From: Octopus sinensis
Lineage: Eukaryota
Length of the DNA: 64,000 nt
NCBI RefSeq assembly: GCF_006345805.1
Contig: NC_042999.1
Span: 46,128,001 to 46,192,000 of the forward strand
Direction: 5' to 3'
Shown: positions 34,538 through 48,814 of the stretch, in pieces
Layout of the letters: each line of letters starts with the position of its first letter
Numbering within the stretch: the stretch's first letter is position 1
Notes under the pieces: generated by a model
Database searches by the model: none
What the model was told of the DNA's origin: nothing
What the model saw: only the letters and a program-made list of their open reading frames with translations
Made by a program: the position numbers and the translations under genes

Positions 34538-35642
34538 GTATGTATATATATATATATATATGTATGTATGTCTGTATATATGTATGTGTGTATATATATA
34601 TATATTATATATATATGTAGTATATATATATTTATACATATATATCTGTATGTACATATATATATATATATATATGTGTATGTATATATATATTTATACA
34701 TATATATCTGTATGTACAGATATATATATATATATATATATGTATGTATATATATATTTATACATATATATCTGTATTACATATATATATATATATATAC
34801 ACACACATACATACATAATATATAATATATATATATATATACCACACATACATACATAAATATATATATATATATATATATACCACACACACATACATAC
34901 ATAAATATATATATATATATAAACACACACACACACACATACATACATAAATATATATATATATAAAAACACACACACACACACATATACATACATAAAT
35001 ATATATATTTATATGTATGTTTGTATGTGTGTATATATGTATCTAGTAGTGGTTAATCCTGAAACATGTTTACTTCTGAGTGTTATTGTGTGTGTGTGTG
35101 GGGGGGGGTTATGTCTCTCTGTATGTGTGAATATGTGTATCAATAGAGGAGCCTCTATTTTGGCTTTAATGTGAGTGGTGAGATGGAGAGGTGTGGGAAA
35201 AAATGAGGAAATTAGTCTTCATGTAGTTATACTGATGTTCCCACTCCCCTCCGTCAAATATTGTGTTATTCGTTTTGTGACGTAATTGACACTAACTGGT
35301 TACTCAAGGTCAATTGCCCACGTAAAATATTGCCAGCACAAAATATAGCCTTCTCAGCTACACCAACTCACTAACGCACAAAACCCAACAAACACACACA
35401 GACACACATAGGAACAAAAGTACCCGACTCATGCACCCCTGTAAACATACTCCCACACACACTCATGTAAACAAATTTCTGAACAGTGAGAAACTATACC
35501 ATAGACTGAACAAACTATAGATTGCTTTGGGCCAACAAAGGGATCTCCTCACAGCCACTCAGCCTGCAAGACATAGCAGCCATACTTTTAGAAAATATAT
35601 GTCTGAATATATGTCTCTCTCTCCCTCTCTCTCTCTCTCTCA

Positions 35643-35673
<31 letters not shown>

Positions 35674-35784
35674 TCTTTCTTTCTGTGTGTGTGTGTGTGT
35701 GTATACATATATACACACACACACATATATACATATATATATACATACATGTATATATATATATATATACACATATATATATAT

Positions 35785-35816
<32 letters not shown>

Positions 35817-35892
35817 ACACAATATATACATACATGTATATATATATATGCACATATATATACATACATGTATATATATAAGAAAATCAATT

Positions 35893-35931
<39 letters not shown>

Positions 35932-36310
35932 ATATATATATATATATGTATGTATATATATATATGTATGTATATTATAATATATGTATGTATAATATAT
36001 TATTATGTATAGGTATATATATCTTATGTATATATATATATATGTATGTTATATATATATATGGTATGTATATATATATATAGGTATGTATATATATATG
36101 TATGTAATATATATATATATGTATGTATATATATATATATATGTATGTATAGATTATATGTATATGTATATATATATATATATGTATGTATGTATATATA
36201 TATATATGTATGTATATATATATATGTATGTATATATATATGTATATATATATATGTATGTATATATATTATGTATGTAATATAATATGTATGTATATAT
36301 ATATGTATGT

Positions 36311-36346
<36 letters not shown>

Positions 36347-36420
36347 GTATATATATATGTATGTATATATATATGTATATATATATGTATGTAATATATA
36401 TATATATATATATATATGTA

Positions 36421-36474
<54 letters not shown>

Positions 36475-36957
36475 CATATATATATATATAATACATGTAT
36501 ATATACATATATATATACATATATATATACACACACATACATGCACACACACATACACACACACACACACACACAAACACATGCACATGTATATATAGTT
36601 ATGGGGATTCTTGAGAATCGAAGGCATGCCAGAAATAGCTACGTACGATCACATAGAGCTCACAGTGAAATAAAAAAAAATAAAAAAACAACACCGTAGA
36701 TCTCATGTGCTGGCAGGATGATGTAAATATGCAAATATCAAATCCAATTTAAAACCATAGATTTGATTCACCACTGGATTCCTTGTGTGATGTAGGTATA
36801 AAAAGTAAACACAAACGGCATTTAGAATTCATGACAGCTGCTTTTGTAGAGTTTTATTCAATGTAGTCGTAAAAGATTACATCATAAATATAGAATCCAC
36901 CATCATCGGATAAGAATTTAAACATTGACCTCAACATAGCTAACATTTGTTGGGCTA

Positions 36958-37256
36958 AAGCATGGCTGTGTGGTTAAAAAGCTTCCTTGCCAACCATGTG
37001 GTCTTGGTTCAGTCCCATTACATAGTACCTTGGGCTGAGGTCTTCTACATTATCTTTGTGCCAACTAAGCCTTGTGAGTGGATTCGTCAGTCAGAAACTG
37101 AAAGAGGACCATCATCTATACATACATACATGCATACATACATACATACATACATACATACATACATACATACATACATACATAAATACATACATACATA
37201 CAAGCATGCATGCATGCATACATACATACATACATACATACATACATACATACATA
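36958..37256 (+). mobile_element. SINE-A 5' half ending in an expanded (CATA)n tract
   Basis: Head and central domain, then (CATA)n at the usual internal microsatellite position. Confidence 0.7.
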
Positions 37257-37671
37257 CTCTTTTACTCTTTACTTTCTTCTGCCTCCTTTTTTGTCCGACT
37301 AATGGCATGTGCACAATCCCACTAATTTTCTATTGTTATGCCACTCCTGGTGTGAAAACCGAAGTCCAACGAATATTAATTACTCTCATAAAAAGCTCCA
37401 ACTGGCTCATAAACAACAAAACTGGCCTGGGCTGAAATGTGATAAGAAACTTGGCTCTTGATTTAGTGAGAAATTTTTAATGCGACCTGCCAACGAACAA
37501 CAAGCACTAGCACTTGATCTGGGAACGCCGGGTCATGGTGCTAGTAGACAGATAAATAAGATACATACTTGCACACTAATTTCATGAGCAGGCTTTTCCA
37601 TTGATCAGATCAGCTGAGACACTTATTATTGTAAATGTTGGAGTGCCAATTATTTTAGTTTTGGTTATATG

Positions 37672-38100
37672 TTCAGGCATAGGTGTGGCTGTATGGTAAG
37701 AAACTTGCTTCCTAACCACATGGTTCTGAGTTCAGTCCCACTGTGTGGCACTTTAGGCAAATGTCTTCTAATATAGCCTTAAGCTGACCATAGCTTTGTG
37801 AGTGGATTTGGTAGACAGAAACTAAAAGATGCTTGTCAGATATATACAGGGTGCAATGGAAAAATTGTTGCCATTTTATGTTTTTAATTTCACACATGTG
37901 CATTGTTTGTTTTTGATTTTGTTGACTACACAGTATAGTAGGGTCAGTTGGGCATCATATGTGAGAGAAACAGCATCATGACACAATTCACTTTGTCATA
38001 TGTTTGGAAACAACATGCCGTACTGCTTAGCATTTGTGTCAGAAGCTCCAATACTGTTATGGCGAGAATCATGAAACCCCCTGTAAGAATGAAGTTGCTG
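37672..38100 (+). mobile_element. SINE-A 5' half followed at its TA tract by a Tc1/mariner-family 5' end (from 37847)
   Basis: TA-CAGGGTGCAATGGAAAAATTG; CAGTATAGTAGGGTCAGTTGGGCA.CAT is shared with 54095-54590. Confidence 0.7.
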
Positions 38101-38447
38101 AACTCATAAGTAGCAGCATGTTTGACTGAGAGTGAGAGATGAGAATTATCAGGATGTCGAAAGGTGTCATTCATGGGTTTGTGGAGTTGCAGGAAATTGT
38201 TGAGAAGTTGTTATAGTTCATTGCGAGTTGTTTTTGATTGGTTACAGCTATGTCAGAGTATTTGGGAAAACATCAAGTGAAGGCAGTTGGTGTTCACCCC
38301 ATTCCATGGTACTATATATCACACAGTATTAGTGCATGACACTAAGGTGACATATACAGAAATCACATTACAAAAGTGGTGACTAGTTGATTTGAAGCTT
38401 ATGTTGGGCATTAGCAATTTTTTTATGATACAAAATATTCCTTAATT

Positions 38448-39028
38448 ATGGAAATCCTATTTGCTAGCATACTCCAGATGCATAAGCAACAACAACAGAA
38501 GTAACAGGAATTACACCAACTATAACACAATAAGTTGCTGGAACTGATGTTGAAGTTGGGAAACAGCAGTGTAGTGAATGCTATAACTGAATTAGTTATA
38601 ACCTAGTAGAGGTTATAACCTTTGTGATGTATTTCAGAAGATACAAAGAAATCTTCAAGGAAGAATGCAAGTGGTGGACAGATGATGAAAATGTGAGACT
38701 ACTGTTATGGAAACTAGGTCATTCAGAACATGAAAAATTTTGCAATTTTATCTTGTCTGAAAGAACAAGTGAAATTTGTTCCAATTGAATTGCTATCCAA
38801 AATGTTCGGTGATAAGAGCTCCCTGTTTAATACTTGCTGGGAGTGTTTGAAGGGAGTAAAAGAAGAGGACAAAGATTTTGTCAGTTATGCCAGAATCATA
38901 AGTAAAATGTGAAAAAAGTTTAAACTGAAAGAATTATCTCTGGACATGTTTAAATGCCTCATCATTGTGCAAGGTTTGACGGCAAAGAAAGATGCAGAAA
39001 TATGTGCATGAATTCTTACAAAACTACA
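38448..39028 (+). mobile_element. Gypsy (Mag-clade-like) LTR retrotransposon gag remnant
   Basis: YFRRYKEIFKEECKWWTDDENVRLLLWKLGHSEHEKFCNFIL...LSKMFGDKSSLFNTCWECLK...EDKDFVSYARII...DMFKCLIIVQGLTAKKDAEI; stops and frameshifts. Confidence 0.7.
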
Positions 39029-39029
39029 T

Positions 39030-39205
39030 TGCTAGCAACTACAGCATTCTTTATTTTCTCTCCTTGTTTCTTTCTGTGTTCCTTTCTGTGGAAGAGCATA
39101 GGCTCGAAACGTTAAAGACTTTTTCACTTCCCGAGCGTTATACTAATACATCTGTTTGTTATTTACACCACCTATCTTCGTCTTTTGTTATTTTTTGTGA
39201 ATTCT

Positions 39206-39208
<3 letters not shown>
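39030..39208 (+). mobile_element. Penelope-like terminal fragment (H-related) containing a degenerate minimal hammerhead at 39082-39117
   Basis: CUUU-CUGUGGAA-GAGC-AUAG-GCUC-GAAA-CGU-U-AAAG; ends at a (TA)n run. Confidence 0.55.
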
Positions 39209-39243
<35 letters not shown>

Positions 39244-39427
39244 ACACAAATCAGCTAAGATTCACTACCGTTGTTTCAGATGTATTTTCTATTGATGAGC
39301 AAATTAATTACATCATGTAAAAAAAAACAACTTTCTTTTCGCAGTCCTTGATGCTACATTAGGGTCCTTATTTTCAAAATACCTTGATTTTATTGTATCG
39401 TGCAAATAATTATATATATATATAAAT

Positions 39428-39909
39428 ATGCTGAGCTGAGACCCCCTTTGGTCATGACTGACCATGGGATTCCACCTAGAAAGTTACCCTCCCAGGCAAC
39501 AAGTCTGGGCAAGGTTGCTTATGGAAGAGCAGCAGTCGCCCATTCACATTGGCCTGCCCTCTCCACGCCATCAGTGTTATCCAAGGGAAAGACAAAGATT
39601 GCTACAGCTTGGCACCTGTGACGTCGTAACTCATTTCTACAGCTGAGTGAACTGGAGCAACGTGAAATAAAGTGTCTTGCTCAAGAACACAACACGCAGC
39701 CCGGTCCGGGATTCGAGCTCACAACCTCACGATAGTAAGCTTGACGATCGTAAGCTCGACGCTCTAACCACTGAGCCATGCGCCTTCATACATTATGAAG
39801 CATTACATACATACACATACAAATGAACACACACAGCCCGGTCTGGGATTCGAACTCACAACCTCGCGATCGTGACCTCGACGCTCTAACCACTGAGCCA
39901 TGCGCCTTC

Positions 39910-39912
<3 letters not shown>
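39428..39912 (-). mobile_element. SINE-C, full length (39428-39790), plus a second head (39828-39912)
   Basis: Reverse-complement CTCTAACCACTGAGCCATGCGCCTTCA head appears twice. Confidence 0.85.
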
Positions 39913-41500
<1,588 letters not shown>

Positions 41501-42111
41501 ATCAAATCACTCAAAATTGTAGAAATCTCATTTCATTTTCTGTCTCAATTATTATTGAAATTTATGACATGGATCTGTGAGAATTCACTGGAATCTTAGA
41601 GTAGTCAAACAACAAACTGCCGCCTACAGACCAGCCATCAGTATTGATCCATCGTGTTATAGTTACACTTTACACTCTGCTTAATTCATCATTGACATAA
41701 TAACCGCAGTAAGTCAATTGAAATACTTGTCTAAGTAGAATCTTTGCTCACCAACTTTTGTATTGGTTACAGCAATCCTGTTTATCACCCATCTCTTTTT
41801 CATTTTCTCTGTCTCTTTGTCTTCCTGTCTCTCTCTCTCTCTCTCTGTTGTCTTATATCTCTTACACTCTTTTGCTTTATCTTTCTTTCTCTTTCTCTCT
41901 CTCATTCTCTCTTACACACATATGTACATACTTGCATACATGCATATATACATACATGCATCCAGGCATCCATCCACCCACTCATACAACACACATACAA
42001 ACATATATAGTAATATATATATATGTTATGTATATATATAGATATAATATATATATATATATATATAGATAGATAGATAGACACATTCACACTTACTACA
42101 TACACATATTA

Positions 42112-42156
<45 letters not shown>

Positions 42157-42578
42157 CATACATTTACACACACATATATGACAATCTTCTTTCAGTTTCC
42201 ATCAAGCAAATCCACTCACAAGGCTTTGGTCAACTCAAGGCTATAGTAGAAGACACTTGACCAAGATGCCTTGCAGTGGGACTGAACCCAGAACCATACA
42301 TACCCCCCCACACACACACATATATATATCATATATACATTTATATACATATACATACACGCATACATGCAGAGAGAGAAAGAGAGGATGGGAGAGAGAG
42401 AGAAAGAAAAAGAAAGAGGGAGTAATAGGGAGAGACAGACAGATAGACAGACTGACAGACTGATATACTGAGAGATATGGAAGCCTCAGTGCGTTTCTGA
42501 GTGCTGTAACATTCTTGATAATGCTATAAATACAGTAAAAAAGAACTTACACATTTGGTAGAGTAGAAGTTTAATATA

Positions 42579-43021
42579 CAGGGTTATTTAAAAAAAATGA
42601 ACCGATTTCATTAGGCAATCTCCTAATATAATAATGTTAGTTAGTGTTTATATATATAATATATATATATAATATAATGTATAATATAATTTGTCCAAAA
42701 TCACAGAGTAGGAATAGGATGGAGTAAGAGAAAGAGTAGTATAAGTGAAGGGAAAGGAGAGAAAATAGTAAGTCAGTGAAGGAGAAGTAGTGAGAGTAAT
42801 AGCCCTGACTGCAAGAGAGTGAGAGAAAGTAATAGCAATGAGAGAAAGGAAGTGGCAAAGAGTGCATCGTGTATCTTCTATTTTTCACTGCCACAACATA
42901 TGAATGAGAAAGGAAGGGGGTGATAGATGGATAACAAAGGAAGGGGATGGTGAAAAAAAAGCAGCATTTCAACTTTGTGTGAATTTATATGTGTGTATGT
43001 AAGAGGGAGGTTTGTGTGTAC

Positions 43022-43053
<32 letters not shown>

Positions 43054-43849
43054 AATGGAAATGAAATGGTGAATGTTCAATGCTGAAAAGAAAAATTAAA
43101 CAGCATTCCAACTCTGTGTGAGTGTATATGTGTATGTGTGTGCATCTACAAGGGAAGTATGTGAATATTTGTATCTGTGATTATTATGTACCTTATTTTA
43201 TACCCTATTTATATATATAAAATACTATAATTAGCCATCATTTTTGATGGCACATGGTCAGGTAGTATTTGATGGCACATGGTCAGGTAGTATTTGATGG
43301 CACATGGTCAGCTAGTATTTGATGGCACATAGTCAGGTAGTATTTTAATAAGGAAAAGCAATAGAAAACTTCAGCTGATTCATAGGTATTTACTCACAGT
43401 CAACTTTTATTTCCTGTCTTACAAGTGTTCAATGTGGCCACCACCTGCAGCACGAGCAACATTAAGGCGGTAAGAGAATTCCTCCCAGACAAGTATCAGC
43501 ATCTCAAAAGCAATTTCATTATGGAACTAAAGAATAAATTTGCTTTGCTTGAGGTGTTTCCAGAAGATATTGACATAGAAGGGAAATAGAAAAAATTCGA
43601 TAAAGCATTCAACCAGACAGCCAAAGAAGTACTTGGTGGATTGTGATATGCTGATACGCATCTGGGAGGAATTCTCTTATTCCATTGATGTTGCCCATGC
43701 TGCAGATGGTGGCTGCATTGAACACTTGTAAGACAGTAAATAAAAGTTGATTGTGAGTAAATACTTGTGACCCAGCTGGAGTTTTCTATTGCTTTTCCTT
43801 ATTAAAATATTGCGTAATGAAATCGGTTCATTCTTTTTGAATAACCCTG
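42579..43849. mobile_element. Non-autonomous Tc1/mariner derivative with two 3' ends (tail-to-tail) and captured sequence
   Basis: 41-bp TIRs 42579-42619/43809-43849 (38/41), each flanked by TA; inner inverted arms 43342-43505/43645-43808 encode LIRIWEEFSYSIDVAHAADGGCIEHL*. Confidence 0.8.
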
Positions 43850-44129
43850 TACAGTGCTATATTTCCAGCCAACAGCATTCCATTATTCAAAGTTCCATGT
43901 GTTTGTTGCTTGACAATCCTCAGCCGGAGCTGGTTGGTGGAAGGATACTTCTTTCAAATAATTGTGTATTAGCTTAGGTGTTGTTTTGTATACAATTCTA
44001 TGGATTTCCAGTTATTGTTATCAGACACCTCAATGACCACAGCTGTTCCTGGTTCTTAGAATCACCTCACAATGAACCTGTCAGTGTGGAAAGCGACTGT
44101 CCACAATTCACTACATTTACTAGATTCAT

Positions 44130-44360
44130 CTATCTATCCAACAATCCATCCATCTATCCATCCATCCATCCATCCTTCCCTCCATCTACCCATACATCCC
44201 TCCATCCATCTATCCATCCACCCACCCACCCATTCATCCACCTACCCACCCATTCATCTATCCATCTACCCATCCATCCATCCAGCCATCCAGCCATCCA
44301 TCCACCCACCCATCCATCCATCCATCCACCCACCCATCCACCCATCCATCCATCCATCCT
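44130..44360. repeat. (CCAT)n/(CCAC)n microsatellite
   Basis: Directly visible. Confidence 0.95.
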
Positions 44361-44399
44361 TTCAGCTCACCATTCCTGGGAGGGTTATGGGCAGAGCCG

Positions 44400-44888
44400 T
44401 CAGGCACCTAAGGTTCTATCAAAAGCAACAATCATCAGACTTCCTGGATGTCTTTCCAAGCATGACTGACTAAGACTATGGCTGTTTCCCACCCATCTCA
44501 TCCTTGGTTTACCTCTGGGTCTCCTACCAGTTGGATCTACTTGAAGAATCTATTTTGTGATTCTCTCTTGTGAACATTCTAATAGCATGGAAGAAGGTGA
44601 TGTCTTAATGTGGAGAAATATTGGCTCAACCTGGAGAGACTGTCTGATCTCCAAATTAAACACCCTGTCAAGTAACATTACTCAAGAGATCCATCAGAGG
44701 ATCACCCTTTCAGCTGCTTGTATTTGCAAAAATATACTTTTAGTCATTTCTCAGCATTCAAGACCATTAATGAGGATAAGTACGAAAAACTAAACTGAAG
44801 GTGGCTGTTATTTTTTTTTTCCCTATCCTGTCTGCTGCTGAGGATCGAATGCTGGACCTGATGCATTACTGTGCCAGCAGCTGCAATA
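44400..44888 (-). mobile_element. RTE LINE 3' remnant
   Basis: QIQAAERV...LLDRVFNLEIRQSLQVEPIFLHI...PTGRRPRGKPRMRW. Confidence 0.7.
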
Positions 44889-45480
44889 TAATAATAATGA
44901 AATTATTGTATACAGCGCTCAAGTGCACCACAACTTGTCAAAAGTGCATACAAAGCATATGCAGTAATGTACAAATGTCTGGAAAGCGAACAGTGTATGA
45001 GTCAGATACATGCTTGCGTGTGTATGGAGGGAAGAAAATCAGGTGTAGTGTTGGCGAATCTCAAGAAGCATGGAAGTTTTGAAGGAGGCAGTGCTCCGAC
45101 AACTAACAACTGATGCCGGCAGTTTGTTCCATGCTTCAGCAACTCTTAGCGTGAAAAAATGTTTTCAAAAGTCATGAGAGCTGTGCTGTTTTCTGACTTT
45201 ATAAACATGTCCACGGGTGTTAGACGGGTGGAGTTTGAAAAGGTGCTCAGAGTTATTGTTTGTAAGATGGTTAATAATTTTATGGGTGTCTGCCAAGTCA
45301 GCTGCCAGATGTCGGAGTTTCAATGTATCCATGTCCAGGGAAGTAAGGCGTTCAGAATATGGCAAATGCCTAATGGAGGGTATTCTCTTGGTTGCACATC
45401 ACTGAACGGCTTCCAGACGATTAATATCCTGGGCGAGATAGGGGTTCCAGACCGGTGATGCAAATTCCAGGTAAGGCCAC
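44888..45480 (-). mobile_element. CR1-like LINE 3' end with (TTA)n tail
   Basis: MPYSERLTSLDMDTLKLRHLAADLADTHKIINHL...HPSNTRGHVYKVRKQHSSHDF...FFTLRVAEAWNKLPASVV; same 3' UTR as 62710-62956. Confidence 0.85.
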
Positions 45481-45539
45481 ACCATAGCTATATAAAGCCG
45501 CAGATAGATAGCCAGAGAGCAGCTCACAAAGGACTCGGT

Positions 45540-45900
45540 GAGTGATGCCAAGACACCCTCAGCCTTCTTAGCAATTTTGACAATTTCTCAGCATTCAAGA
45601 CCATTGATGAGGATGAGTACGAAAAACTAAACTGAAAGTAGCAAGTTTGGGTTTTTTTTTTCCCTAACCTGTCTGCTGCTGAGGATTGAATGCTGGAACT
45701 GTTGCATTTCTGTGACAGCAGCTGCATTGCAAGCATCTAATTCAGCTCCCTACTTCACACTTGTGAATATGGCCCTGAGATACTTAAACTTTTCCACTTG
45801 CTCCAGTGATGTTCCTTAGATATGCAGTGAAGTTCTACAAACAAATGGATTCATTTCCTTTACAAATTCCTTACTGACATACTCCAAAAGCCCTTTGTAT
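45540..45900 (-). mobile_element. RTE LINE RT-domain remnant
   Basis: SLEQVEKFKYLRAIFTS motif; 45585-45730 resembles 44745-44888. Confidence 0.65.
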
Positions 45901-46034
45901 TATTTTCACCTCCATGCTTATCCTCTTTCAGAAAATATCTATTTGCACACCTACTGGGTCATCTGCACGGTGTCTTAACATGATAACCTACCTCACACCT
46001 ACATACTAGATATAACTTCCCTTTCTACACCTCC

Positions 46035-46267
46035 TATTACTCTTTTACTCTTTTACTTGTTTCAGTCATTTGACTGTGGCCATGCTGGAGCATAGCCTTT
46101 AGTTGAGCAAATCAACCCCCAGGACTTATTCTTTGTAAGCCTAGTACTTATTCTATCAATCTCTTTTGCCAAACCGCTAAGTTACGAGGACCTAAACACA
46201 CCAGTATCGGTTGTCAAGCGATGTTGGTGGGGGACAAACACAGACACTCAAACATATACACACACTC

Positions 46268-46320
<53 letters not shown>

Positions 46321-47525
46321 ATACACTAGCTTAAGGTGATCCGCTCTACGTGCGGGTAAGAGTGTGGTTGTTATTTTCTGTTGCATCCTTTCGGCACGTA
46401 AAAAGCACCATCCGAACGTGGCCGATGGCAGTGACGCCTTGACTGGCTTCTGTGTCGGAGGCACGTAAAAAGCACCAACCGATCGTGACCACTGCCAATG
46501 CCCCTCCCCCCGTGGCACCTGTGACGGTGGCATGAAAAAAGCACCCACTACAATCACGGAGTGGTTGGCGTTAGGAAGGGCATCCAGCTGTAGAAACACT
46601 GCCAGACCAGACTGGAGCCTGGTGCAGCCTCCTGGCTTCCCAGACCCCGGTCAAACCGTCCAACCCGTGCTAGCACGGAAAACGGACGTTAAACGATGAT
46701 GATGATGATGATTCTCCCTCTTTGTTTCTCTCTCCTTTCTCTCTCCCTTTCCCACTCTCTTACTCTTCCTTTCTCTCGGACTCTCCCTCGCTTTCTCTTA
46801 CTCTCTATCTTTCTCTATCTATCTATCTCCCATTTATAAACAACAAAAGAACTTGAGTAAGTTGAGAAAGAAAGTAGTTTGAAAGATCAATCATAAATAT
46901 CTGGCAGTGACAATGGAAAGGTCTGCTTCAAGGCAGAAAGCAAAACACTAACATTTAAAAGGGACAGACGAACTTGCGAGCTGAATAAAAATAAACAAAT
47001 ATTGGAAACCAAAGTTTGAAAGGATAGAATCTGAGGATAGTAGAGTCACCATGGCTGGCATTTCTTAACGATGAACAGTAACATAGTGGCAGTTTAACGG
47101 CTGGTGTAAAATTTTTAACTTGATGTAAAAGAAAACTCCTAAACACCAAGCTTTGAAGTGATTCTTTCTCACGACAGTAGACTCACCATGGCAAGCATTC
47201 AAAACTTCTTCATCATGGACAGCAACACATTGACGATTTAAAGGCTGGCGCAAATTTTTTAGCTTCATGTAACAGAGAATTCCTAAACACCCGCTCCAGT
47301 AAATTTTAATCCCCTTCCAGCCCCATTTAGACCTCTTTTCACATTTTGGTTAATATAACCTGATTTCATTCGGGTCTACTCGGGTCACATTTTATAAGAT
47401 GAGGAATTTTGTCCTAGAGGTCACGCCTTTCATTTGAGGAAAAAAATAGTTGCCATGCAAACTCGCCAGCACTTTTAACATAGGTGTGCATATTTTCAGC
47501 TCAACCGACCACACAATGCACACAT

Positions 47526-47556
<31 letters not shown>

Positions 47557-48648
47557 GTGTGTGTATGTGTGTGTGTGTGCACGCATAATATATACAAATG
47601 TATACAAATTATATATATATATGTATAAATTAAATTAGAGATAAAACCACTAATAGGCAAATCAAACAGTGAAAAACATAAACCAAAACATAAAAATAAA
47701 AATATAATAGACAAAATACATAAAATATAAAATTTAAAAATTTAAATTATTTAAATTTAAAATTAAAATTATTAATTTATATTTATAATTTAAAAAAAAT
47801 ATATATAACTATCAAAAAGTATTAAAAAGTTTAATATACATAAATACAGATATATACACTTTGTATATATACATTATATATACATATTAATATATAGAAC
47901 ACACACACACATATATGAATTAACCCAATAAATATCTGATTCATAATATTTGTTCTCATGATTGTGTGGTGGTGGTGGCGATGATAATTCTCTCTATGAA
48001 TGCAGACAGACGTAGAGAGAGAGAGAGAGTGTGAAAGCGCTGTCGAAGGCGGGGAGGGGGGAGATATAGAACGCCGTGACATGACGTTATAAAGAGGAAG
48101 TGAAGGTGAGTTAGACGCTGTTAGACGATGTTATATATAGAAAGTGATGGGAAGGGAGAAAAGAGAATGAGTGAGTTAGACGCTGTTAGACGACGTTATA
48201 TATAGAAAGTGATGGGAAGGGAGGAAAGAGAATGAGTAATGGAGGAAGACAGATACATAAAAGAATGAGAGTAGACTTGTCAAAGTGCGTTTTTGGCCCT
48301 AGCAACGACACCTTTTAAGATAGGAATTTCTAACCTAGCCCACTGGCATCCTCACCTCATTTTACATGTCTCTGTAAATTTTGGAGTCAATCCGACTGGA
48401 TCTAGTGGTCTTTAACCCGTTCTCAATGCCAAAACCAGACAAACAAACAAACAAACTTTTCGCATTTCAGTTTTATAAATAGAGATATGCGACAGGCTTC
48501 TTTCAGCTTCTGTCTACCAAATCCACTCACAAAGCTTTGGTCGGCCTGAGGCTATAGTAGAAGACACTTGCCCAAGGTGCCACACAGTGGGACTGAACCC
48601 GGAACCATGTGGTTGGTAAGAAAGCTACTTACCACACAGCCACTACTA
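46035..48648 (-). mobile_element. SINE-A split by a 2.16-kb insertion (3' half 46035-46320, 5' half 48487-48648)
   Basis: The two halves are collinear on the minus strand and break at the internal (TA)n. Confidence 0.8.
46322..48486 (+). mobile_element. Large HINE-type element with cargo; contains element-E (46392-46712)
   Basis: 5' ACTAGCTTAAGGTGATCCGCTCTACGTGCGGGT; 3' AAATTTTGGAGTCAATCCGAC...CAAACAAACAAAC...TTTTATAAATAGAGAT; boundaries defined by the interrupted SINE. Confidence 0.6.
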
Positions 48649-48814
48649 TGCAAAATTAGCATTCACTTTCTTCATTAATTCAATGGAAAATATATGAATA
48701 CCATGAAAGTATTTTTCATGTCTTAAATCGTAAGTTTTTATTGATTCCCATAGTGAAAATACTATACATTTTCTTTTAGATAAATATATACCCATTTCAC
48801 TAAACATGTATTTT

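Larger units (their letters stand above)
31620..36600. repeat. About 5-kb microsatellite-dominated tract: (TA)n/(TATG)n/(TG)n, (CATA)n 32595-33060, (ACT)/(ACC) 33170-33300
   Basis: Directly visible; interrupted by short unique or TE islands. Confidence 0.95.

Noticed and set aside
31498-36699. Dozens of 60-180 aa YI/MYV/HT-repeat ORFs (also 10996-12435 and 39786-42105)
   Set aside because: Translations of (TA)n, (TATG)n, (CA)n and (TCTA)n microsatellites.
47039-47291. Possible Helitron helicase HGQLYVA-like remnant in the duplicated unit
   Set aside because: Needs several frameshifts to fit; similarity too weak.
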